From the human T2T-CHM13v2.0 reference genome, Homo sapiens, in NCBI RefSeq assembly GCF_009914755.1, contig NC_060940.1: 64,000 nt of DNA. One strand, 5' to 3'. The notes under the pieces were generated by a model, which was not told the DNA's origin, did not search any database, and was given only the letters and a program-made list of their open reading frames with translations. Made by a program: the position numbers and the translations under genes. Of this stretch, positions 27,901 to 39,200 are shown one piece after another (position 1 is the first letter of the stretch; every line of letters begins with the position of its first letter).

Positions 27901-29573
27901 AGACAGAAGCATTCCCAGAAACTTATTTGTGATGTATGTACTCAACTAACAGAGTTGAACCTTTCTTTTGATAGAGCAGTTTTGAAACACTCTTTTTGCA
28001 GTATCTGGAAGTGGTCATTTGGAGCACTTTGAGGCCTATGGTGAAAAAGGGAATATCTTCCCATAAATACTAGACAGAACCATTCTCAGAAACTTGTTTG
28101 TGATGTGTGTATTCAACTAACGGAGTTCAACCTTTCTTTTGATAGAGCAGTTTTGAAACACTCTTTTTGCAGAATCTGCAAGTGGATATTTGGATAGATT
28201 TGAGGATTTCGTTGGAATTGGGAATATATTCACATAAAAAGTAGACAGAATCATTCTGAGAAACTTCTTTGTGATGTTTGCATTCAAGTCACAGAGTTGA
28301 ACATTCCCTTTCATAGAGCACGTTTGAAACACTCTTTTTTCTAGTATCTGGAATTGGACATTAAGAGCGCCTTGAGCCCTATGGTGAAAAAGATAATATC
28401 TTCCCATAAAAACTGGACAGAAGCATTCTCAGAAACTTGTTAGTGATGTGTGTACTCAACTAACCGAGGTGAACCTTTCTTTTGATAGAGCAGTTTTGAA
28501 ACACTCTTTTTGTAGAATCTGCTGGTAGATATTTGGAAATCTTTGAGGATTTCGTTGGAAATGGGAATATCTTCATATAAAATCTGGACAGAAGCATTCT
28601 GAGAAACATCTTTGTGATATTTGCATTCAAGTCACAGAGTTGAACATTTCTTTTCATAGCGCAGGTTTGAAACACTCTTTTGTAGTATCTGGAATTGGAC
28701 ATTTGGAGCACTTTGAGGCTGATAGTGAAAAAGGAAATATCTTCCCATAAAAACTAGATAGAAGCATTCTCAGAAACTTGTTTATGATGTGTGTACTCAA
28801 CTTAGAGGGTTGGACCTTTCTTTTGATAGAGCAGTTTTGAAACACTCTTTTTGTAGGATCTGCAAGCGGATATTTGGATAGCTTTGAGGATTGCATTGGA
28901 AACGGGAATATCTTCATATAAAATGTAGACTGAAGTATTCTCAGAAACTTCTTTGTGATGTTTGCATTCAGGTCTCAGACTTGAACATTCCCTTTCATAG
29001 AGCACGTTTGAAACACTCTTTTTGTTGTATTTGGACGTGGACATTTTTACCGTTTTGAGGCCTATGGTGAAAAAGGAAATATCTTCCAATAAATACTACA
29101 AAGAAGCATTCTTAGAAACTTGTTTGTGATGGGTGTACTTAACTAACAGAGTTGAAACTTTCTTTTGATAGTGCAGTTTTGAAACACTCTTTTTGTATAA
29201 TCTGCAAGTGGATATTTGGATAGCTTTGAGGTTTTCGTTGGAAATGGGAATATCTTCATATAAAATCTGGACAGAAGCATTCTGAGAAACATCTTTGTGA
29301 TGTTTGCATTCAAGTCACAGGGATGAACATTCCTTTTCATAGAGCAGTTTTGAAACACTCTTTTTGTAGTATCTGGAAGCGGACATTTGAGCGCTTTGAG
29401 GCCAATGGTGAAAAAGGAAATATCTTCCCATAAAAATTAGACAGAAGCATTCTCAGAAACTAGTTTATGATGTGTGTACTCAACTAACAGAGTTGAACCT
29501 TTCTTTTGATAGACCAGTTTTGAATCACTCTTTTTGTAGAATCTGCAAGTGGATATTTGGATAGCTTTGAGGA

Positions 29574-29590
29574 TTTCGTTGGAAACGGGA
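29574..29590 (+). promoter_or_regulatory. CENP-B box (canonical)
   Basis: TTTCGTTGGAAACGGGA. Confidence 0.85.
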
Positions 29591-32500
29591 ATATCGTCAT
29601 ATAAATTGTAGACAGAAGCATTATCAGGAACTTCTTTGTGATGTTTGCATTCAAGTCACATAGCTGAATGGAATCGAATAGAATCATCAAATGAATCGAA
29701 TGGAATCATCATAGAATGGAATCCAATGGAATCAACATCAAATGGACTCGAATGGAATCATCATCGAATGGAATCCAAAAGAATCATAACCAAATGGATT
29801 TCAAAAGAATCATCAATGAATGGAATGGAATGGAATTATTGAATGGAATCTAACGGAATCATCACTGAATGGAACTGAATGGAATTATCCTCAAATGGAA
29901 ACTAACGGTGTCATCATTGAAGGGATTTGAATGGAATTATCATCGAATGGCAACGAATGGAATCTTCATCAAATGGAATCAAATGGAATCATCGAATGGA
30001 AATGAATGGATTCTTTGTAAGGAATCGAACGGAATCATCGAATGGACTCAAACGGAATATTCATCGAATTGAATCAAATAGAATCATTTTTTAATGGACG
30101 CCAATGGAATCATTGAATGTAATCGAATGCAATCGTCCGCAATGGAATCAAGTGGAATCATCATCAAATGGAATCAAAAGGAATCATCATCAAAAGGAAA
30201 CGAATGCATTCATCATCAGATGGAATTGATAGGAAGCATCATCAAACGGAATTAGTTGGAATCATCATCGAATACAATTGAAAGGAATCATCGAATGGAA
30301 TCGAATGGAATCATCATCAAAAGGAATCGAAGAGAGTCATCGAATGGAGTTGAACTGAATCTTCAAACTGTATCGAATGGAATCATCATCAAATGGACTG
30401 CAAAGGAATCTACATCGAATTGAATAGAATGGAATCATCGAATGAACTCGAATGGAATCATCATCGAATTGAACAGAATGGAATCATCGAATGGAATCAA
30501 ATGGAATCATCGAATGGACTCGAATGCAATCACCGAATGGACTCGAATGGAATAATCATCGAATGGAATAGAAAGGAATCATCGAATGGACTCGAATGGA
30601 ATTATCATTGAATGGAACAGAATGTAATCATCGAATGAACTCGAATGGAATCATCACCGAATGGACTCGAATGGAATCATCAAATGGAATTGAATGGAAT
30701 CATCATCGAATGGAATCAAATGGAATCATCGAATGGACTCGAATGCAATCACCGAATGGACTCGAATGGAATAATCATCGAATGGAATAGAAAGGAATCA
30801 TCGAATGGACTCGAATGGAATTATCATTGAATGGAACAGAATGTAATCATCGAATGAACTCGAATGGAATCATCATCAAATTGACTCAAATGGAATCATC
30901 GAATGGATTCGAATGGAATCATCATCGAATGGAATCCAATGGAATCATCGAATGGAATCATCATTGACTGGAATTGAATGGAATCATCAAATGGACTCGA
31001 ATGGAATCATCATGGAATGGAATCGAATGGAATTATTGAATGGACTCGAATGGAATCAACTTTGAATGGAATCTAAGGGAATCATCGAAAGGAATCGAAT
31101 GCAATCGTCATCAAATGGAATCGAATGGAATCATCGAATGGAATTGAATGGAATCACCATTGAATGGACTAGAATGGAATCATCATCATATGGAATCAGA
31201 TGGAATCATCGAATGGACATGAATGGAATCATTGTCGAATGGAATCAAGTGGATCATCGAATGGAATGTAATGGAAACATTGTCAAAAAGAATGGAATGG
31301 AATCATTGAATGGAATTGAATGGAATCACCAATGAATGGCATCGAATGGAATCATCATCGAATGGAATAGAATGTAATCATGGAATGTACTCGAATGGAA
31401 TAATCATTGAATGGAAAGCTGTGGAACCATGGAATGAACACGAAATGAATCATAATCGAATGGAATCGAAAGGAATCATCATTGAATGCAATCACATGGA
31501 ATCATCACCGAATGGAATCGTACGGAATCATCACGGAATGGAATTGAATGGAATCATCAATTGGACTCGAAAGGAATCATCAAATGGAATCGATTGGAAG
31601 CTTCAAATGGACTCGAATGGAATCATCATCGAATGGAATCGAATGGAATCATCGAAAGGACTCGAATCGAATCATAAAATGGACTCGAATGGAATCATTG
31701 AATGCACTCCAATGGAATCATCAACGAAAGGACCCTAATGGAACGATCAAATGGACTGAAATGGAATCATTGAATGGAAATGAATTGAATCATTGATAGG
31801 ACTCAAATGGAATTATCAAATGGGCTCAAATGGAATCACCGAATGGACTTGAATGTAATAACTATCGAATGGAATCAAATGGAATCATCAAATGGAATTG
31901 ATCAGAATCATCGAATGGAAGCAAATGAAATCATCGAATGGAATCAAATCCAATCATCATCGAATGGAATCGACTGGAATCATCATCGAATAGAATAGAA
32001 TGGAATCATCATCGAATGGAATCGAATGGAATCACCAAATGGAATCGAATGGAATCATTATCGAATAGAATCGAATGGAAACATTGAATGGAATCATCAT
32101 CAAATGGAGTCCAATGGAAGCATCGAATTGACTGGAATTGAATCATCATTGAATGGAATCGAATAGAATCATCGAATAGAATTGAATGGAATCATTATCA
32201 AATGGAATCAAATGATGTCATCAAATGCACTTGAATGGAATCATCAAAGAATGGAATCGAATGGTATCATCGAATGGAATCGAATGGAATCATCTTCATT
32301 GAATGGTATCATCGAATGGAATCGAATGGAATCATCTTCGAGTGGAATCTACAGGATTCACTAAGTGGACTCCAATGGAATAATCATCAAATGGAATCGA
32401 GTGGCATCATTGAATTTACTCAAATGGTGTCATCGAATGGAATAAAATGGAATCATCGAATGGATTCGAATGGAATAATCATTGAATGGAATCAATTGGA

Positions 32501-34049
32501 ATGATCAAATGGACTCGAATGGAATCATCATCAAATGGATTTCAATGGAATCATCGAATACACTCGAATGGAATCATCATCGAATGGAAATGAATGGAAT
32601 CATCAAATGGACACGAATGGAATTATTATTGAATGGAATCATATGGAATCATTGAATGTACTCAAATGCAATCATAGAATGGACTCGATGGAATCATCAT
32701 CGAATGGAATTGAATAGAATCATCAAATGGACTCGAATGGAGTGATCAAAAGGACTCGAAAGGAATAATCAAATGGACTCGAATGGATGCATCAAATGGA
32801 CCCTAATGGAATCATCATCGAATGGAAAAGATTGGAATAGTCAAATGGACTCGAATGGAATCATTGAATGGACTCAAATGGAATCATCAAATGGAGTCTA
32901 AAGGAATCACCATTGAATGGAATCGAAAGGAATCATCGAATAAAATAGAACGTAATATCTAATGGAATCTAACGGAATAATCAAGGAATGGAATTGAATG
33001 GAATCACCGAATGGAATTGATAGCAATGATCATTGAATGGAATCAAATGGAATCATCATTGAATGGAATTGAATGGAATCTTAGAATAGACACGAATGGA
33101 ATCATCATTGAATGGAAAGGAATGGAATCATCAAATGGACTCGAATATAATCATCATTGAAGGGAATCTAATGGAATCATCAATTTGAATTGAATGGAAT
33201 CATCATCAAATGAAATTGAATGGAGTCATCGAATGTCACTGAATTGAAACATCACCGAATTGAGTCGGATGGAATCATCAAATGACCTCGAATGGAATCA
33301 TCATCGAAGGGAATGGAATAGAATCATCGAATGGACTCAAAAAATCATCATCGAATGGAATCGAAAGAATCATCAAATGGAAGAGAAGAGAATCATCATT
33401 GAATGGAATCGGACGGAATCATCATCGAAAGGAATCAAGTGGAATAATCATCAAATGGATTCATATGGAATCATAATTGAATGGAATCGAATGGGATCAT
33501 CATCGAAAGGAATCGAATGCAACAATCGAATGGACACGAATGGAATCATCATCGAATGGAATCGACCGGAATCATCTAATGGAATAGAAGATAATCATCA
33601 TCGAATGGAATTGAATGGAATCGTCAATGAATGGAATCAAATGGAATAATCATCGAATGGATTCGTATGGAATCATCATCGAATGGAATTGAATGGAATC
33701 ATCTTCGAATGGAATTGAATGTAATCATTATCAAATGGAATCAAATGGAATCATTGAATGTACTCGAATGGAGTCATCATCGAATGGAATCGAATGGATT
33801 CATCGAATGGACTCGAATGGAATCATCATCGAATGGAATTGAATGGAATCATCGAATCAACTCGAATGGAGTCATCATCAAATGTAATTGAATGGAATCA
33901 TCAAATGGACTCGAGTGGAATCATCGTCAAATGAAATCGAATGGAATCATCGAATGAAATCAAATGGAATGATTTATTGGACTCTAATGGAATCATCGAA
34001 TGGACTTGAATGGAATCATCATCAAAAGGAATCAAAAGAAATCATCATC

Positions 34050-36210
34050 AGATGGAATCGAATGGAAACATCACTGAATGGAATCGAATGGAATCATCGA
34101 GGGGAAAGAGATGGAATCATCATCGAATGGAATCAAATAGAAGCATCGAAAGAAATCGAATTGAATTTTCATTGAACGGACTCGAATGGAATCATCATCG
34201 AATGGACTCGAATGGAATCATCTAATGGAATCTAATGGAATCATCATCGAATGGAATAGAATGGAAACATCATTGAATTGAATCAAATAAAATCCTGATG
34301 GAATTTAATCAAATGGCTCATCATCGAATGGAATCATGGAATGAAAGCAAATGGAATCATCATAGAGTGGAATCGAATGGAATCATCGTATGGGATTGAA
34401 TGGAATCATCTTTGAATGGAATCGACTGGAACCGTCAAATGTCATCGAATGAAATCATCATTGAATGGAGTCGAATGGAATCATCATTGAATGGAATCTA
34501 ACGGAATCATAAAAGAAGGGAATTGAATGGAAACATCATCAAATGGAATGGAATGGTATCATCAACGAATGGAATAGAATAGAATCATCAAATGGAATCC
34601 AATGGATTCTCCATCAAATTGAACCGGATGGAATCATCATCGAATGGATTCGAATGGAATCATCATTGAATGGAATCGAATGGTGTCATCGAATGGAATT
34701 AAGCAGAAACATAGAATGGACTCGAATGGAATCATCGAATGGAATTCAATGCAATCATCATCAAATGAAATCAAATGCTATGATTGAATGGAGTCGAATG
34801 GAATCATCATCAAATGGAATCGATTGGAATCATCCAATGGACTCAAATGGAATCATCACATAATGGAATCAAATGGAATCATCAAATGGACTTGAATGGA
34901 ATCATCATTGAATGGACTAGAATGGAATCATCACCGAATATAATCAAAAGCAATCATCAAATGGATTCGTAATAAATCATCGAATGGGCTCGAATGGAAT
35001 CATCATAGAATGGAATAAAATGGAATCATCATCAAACAGAATCAAATTGAATCATCGAATGGAATGGAATGGAATCATCATGGAATGGAATCGAATGGAA
35101 TCACTGAATGGACTCGAATGGAATTATCATCAAATGGAATCAAGCGAAATCATCATCGGAGGGAATCGAATGGTATCATCCCTGTATGGAATCGAATGGA
35201 ATCATCGAATGGAATCTGATGGAATCATCATCGAATGGAATTAAATAGAAACATCGAAAGAAATCGAATTGAATTTTCATCGAACGGACTCGAATGGAAT
35301 CATCATCGAATGGACTCGAATGGAATCATCAAATGGAATCGAATGGAATCATCATCTAATGGAATAGAATGGAAACATCATTGAATTGAATCAAATAAAA
35401 TCCTGATGGAATTTAATCAAATGGCTCATCATCGAATGGAATCATGGAATGAAAGCAAATGGAATCATCATAGAGTGGAATCGAATGGAATCATCGTATG
35501 GGATTGAATGGAATCATCATTGAATGGAATCGACTGGAACCGTCGAATGTCATCGAATGGAATTATCATTGAATGGAGTCGAATGGAATCATCATTGAAT
35601 GGAATCTAACCGAATCATAAAAGAAGGGAATTGAATGGAAACATCATCAAATGGAATCGAATGGTATCATCAATGAATGGAATAGAATAGAATCATCAAA
35701 TGGAATCCAATGGATTCACCATCAAATTGAACCGGATGGAATCATCATCGAATGGATTCGAATGGAATCATCATTGAATGGAATCGAATGGTGTCATCGA
35801 ATGGAATCAAGCAGAAACATAGAATGGACTCGAATGGAATCATCGAATGGAATTCAATGCAATCATCATCAAATGAAATCAAATGCTATGATTGAATGGA
35901 GTCGAATGGAATCATCATCAAATGGAATCGATTGGAATCACCCAATGGACTCAAATGGAATCATCAGAAAATGGAATCGAATGGAATCATTGAATGGACT
36001 CGAATGGAATCATCACCGAATATAATCAAAAGCAATCATCAAATGGATTCGTAATAAATCATCGAATGGGCTCGAATGGAATCATCATAGAATGGAATAA
36101 AATGGAATCATCATCAAACAGAATCAAATTGAATCATCGAATAGAATGGAATGGAATCATCATGGAATGGAATCGAATGGAATCACTGAATGGACTCGAA
36201 TGGAATCATC
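34050..36210. repeat. ~1.1-kb imperfect tandem duplication within HSat2
   Basis: AATCCTGATGGAATTTAATCAAATGGCTCA at ~34291 and ~35399 (offset 1108); ORFs 34543 and 35651 are near-identical. Ends approximate. Confidence 0.85.
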
Positions 36211-39200
36211 ATCAAGTGGAATTGAAAGGAATCATCATCAAATGGAATTGAAAAGAATCATCATCTAATAGAATCGAATGGAACCGTCGAATGGAATGAA
36301 ATGGAAGCATCATCGAAATAAATTGAAGGAAATCATCGAATGGAATTGAACGGAATCATCAATTGGAATTGAATGGAATCATCATTGAACGGGATCAAAT
36401 GGAATCATCGAATGGACACAAATGGAATAATCGAATGGCTCGAATTGAATCATCAATGGTATCAAATGGAATCATCAATTGGACTGTAATGGAATCATCA
36501 TCTAATGGAATCGTATGGAATCAACGAAGGGGCTCGAATGGAATCATCGAATGGACTCAAATGGAATCATCATCAAATGGAATCGAATGAAATCATCATC
36601 GGATAAAATCGAATGGAATCATCACAGAATAGAATTGAATGGAAACATTGAATGGACTCAAATGGAATAATCGAATGGGCTCGAATGGAATCATCGAATG
36701 GAATCGAATGGATTCATCAAATGGACTCGAATGGAATCATCATCAAATGGAATCAGATGGAATCAACGAAGGGACTCGAATGGAATCATCCATGGACTTG
36801 AATTGAATCATCATCGAATGGATTCTTAAGGAATCATCGAATCGCCTCGAATGGAATCATCATCGAAATGAATCTAATGAAATCATCATTGGATAGAATC
36901 GAATGGAATCTTCACTAAATGGTATAGAATGGAATCGTTGAATGGAATCAAATGGAATCATCAAATGGAATCGAATGGCATCATCATTGAATGGAATTGA
37001 ATGGAATCAGCAAATGGAAACGAATGGAATCATCATCGAATGGAATCCAATGGCTTCATCAAAAGAAATCGAATGGAATCATGATCGAATGGAGTCGAAT
37101 GAAATCATCATGGAATGGAATCCAATGGAATTATCAATGAAGGGAATCGAATCGAATCATCATCAAATGGAATTGAATGGAATCAACAACGAATGGAATC
37201 GAATGGAATCATTGAATGAAATCCAATGGAATCATCATCAAATAGAAACGAAAGGAATCGTTGAATGGACTTGAATGGAATCATCGTCAAATGGAATCTT
37301 ATGGAATCATCAAATGGACTCGTATGGATTCATCATCAAATGAAATCGAATGTAATCATAGAATGGAATCGAATAGAATCTTCATTGAATGGAATAGAGT
37401 AGAATCATAGAAAGGAATCAAATGGAATCATCAATGTTTGGAATCGAATGGAATCATTTAATGGATTCGAATGGAATCTTCATCGAATGTAATCAAATGG
37501 AATCATCGAAAGGACTCGAATGGAGTCATGATCAAATTGAATTGGATGGAATCAATGAAGATACTAGAATGGAATCATCGAATGGTCTGGAATGGAATCA
37601 TCATCAAATGGAATCGAATGGTATCATGGAATGGAATCGAATGGAATCATCATTGCATGGAATCAAATGGAATCAGCGTATGGAATTGAATGGAATCATC
37701 GAAGGGAACTGAATGCAGTCATCCTCGAATGGAATCGATTGCAATCATTGAACGGACTCCAATGGAATCATCATCAAATGGAATAGAATGGAATCATCGA
37801 TTGGCCAAGAATGGAATTCTCGTTGAATGGAATTGAATGGAGTCATCGAACGAACTTGAATGGAATCATCATCGAATGGAATCGAATGGAATCATCAAAT
37901 GGATTCAAATGGAGTAAACATTGAATGGAATCATTTGGAATCGTCGAATGATCTAGAAATGAATCATAATCAAATGTTACTGAAAGAATCATCATCGAAT
38001 GGAATCACATGGAATCATCATCGAATGGAAACATACGGAATCATCATAGAGTGGAATTGAATGGAATCATCAGTTGGACTCAAATGAATTCATCAAATGG
38101 ACCGAAAGGGAAACGTCAGATGGACTCGAACCAAATCAGCTTCGAATGGAAGCAAATGGAATCATTGATAGGATTTGAATCGAATCATCAAATGGACTCG
38201 AACGGAATAATTATAGAATGGAATTGAAAAGAGTCATCGGATGGACTTGAATGCAATCATCATTGAATGGAATCGATTGGAATCATCATCAAATGGAATT
38301 GACTGGCATTATTGTATGGAATCGAAAGGAATCATCATGAAATGGAATCCATTGGAATCATCAGATGGAATAGAATGGAATTATGGAATGGAATTGAATG
38401 GAATCATCTTTGAATGGAATCGAATGGAATCAATGAATGGAATAGAAGGCAATCATCATTGAATGGAATCGAATGGAATCATCGAATTGAATCAAACTTA
38501 ATCACCATTGAATGGACTCAAATGGAATCATCACCAAATAGAATCAGAAGGAATAGTCGAATGGACTCAAATGGAATCATCATCGAAAAGAATCAAATGG
38601 AATCATAGAATAGAATCGAATGGAATCATCATCAAATGTAATTAAATGGAATCATCAAATGGAATCAAATGGAATTATCATCAAAAGGAATCGAGTAGAA
38701 TGACCGAATGAAATCGAATAGAATCAACATCAAATGGAATTGAATGTAATCACTGAATGGTATCGAATGGAATCATCATCGAATGGAATAGAATGGAATC
38801 ATCTAATTTACACGAATGGAATCATCATCGAATGGAATAGAATGGAATCATCATCAAATGGAATCAAATGGAATCATCAATCGGACACGAATGGAATAAT
38901 CATTGAATGGAATAGAATAGAATCATCATTGAATGGTATCCAAAGGAATCATCAAATGGATCCGAATGGAATCACCATAGAATTGAATAGAATGGAATCA
39001 TCATCAAATGGAATTGAATGCAATCATCTAATGGACTGCAAGAGAAACATCATCGAATGCAATCATCTATTGTACCCGAATGAAATCATCATAAAATGGA
39101 ATCAAATGGGTTCATCGAATGGACTCGAATGGAATCATCATCGAATGGAATCGAATGGAATCATCAAATGGACCCGAATGGAATTATCATCGAACGGAAT

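Larger units (their letters stand above)
9394..29668 (+). repeat. Alpha-satellite island, ~20.3 kb, ~118 monomers, alternating A/B dimer (342 bp), SF2 (D1/D2)-like divergent array
   Basis: 171-bp monomers starting CATTCTCAGAAACTT. Monomers with GGATTTCGTTGGAAACGGGA (CENP-B-box type) alternate with monomers carrying GGCCTATGGTGAAAAAGGAAA (pJalpha type). ORF starts recur every 342 bp (10706, 11048, 11390, 11732, 12074). The suprachromosomal family call is from memory of the consensus. Confidence 0.97.

Noticed and set aside
9394-29668. CRISPR-like regularly spaced repeats (AGACAGAAGCATTCTCAGAAAC every 171 bp)
   Set aside because: The intervening sequence is itself repeated rather than unique spacers, there are no cas genes, and this is alpha satellite.
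9394-29668. Active centromere core
   Set aside because: Only 20 kb, with divergent monomers, two HOR-like copies and mostly broken CENP-B boxes.
9352-29690. Repeated 71-aa minus-strand ORF (MFQTCSMKGNVQLCDLN...) resembling a tandem gene family
   Set aside because: It is the antisense translation of the 342-bp alpha dimer, mostly from GTG/TTG starts, and is freely broken by stops and frameshifts.
9380-29690. Target-site duplication around the alpha island (transposon-like insertion)
   Set aside because: The flanks share only generic GAAT satellite words, so no specific duplication, terminal repeat or poly(A) can be supported.
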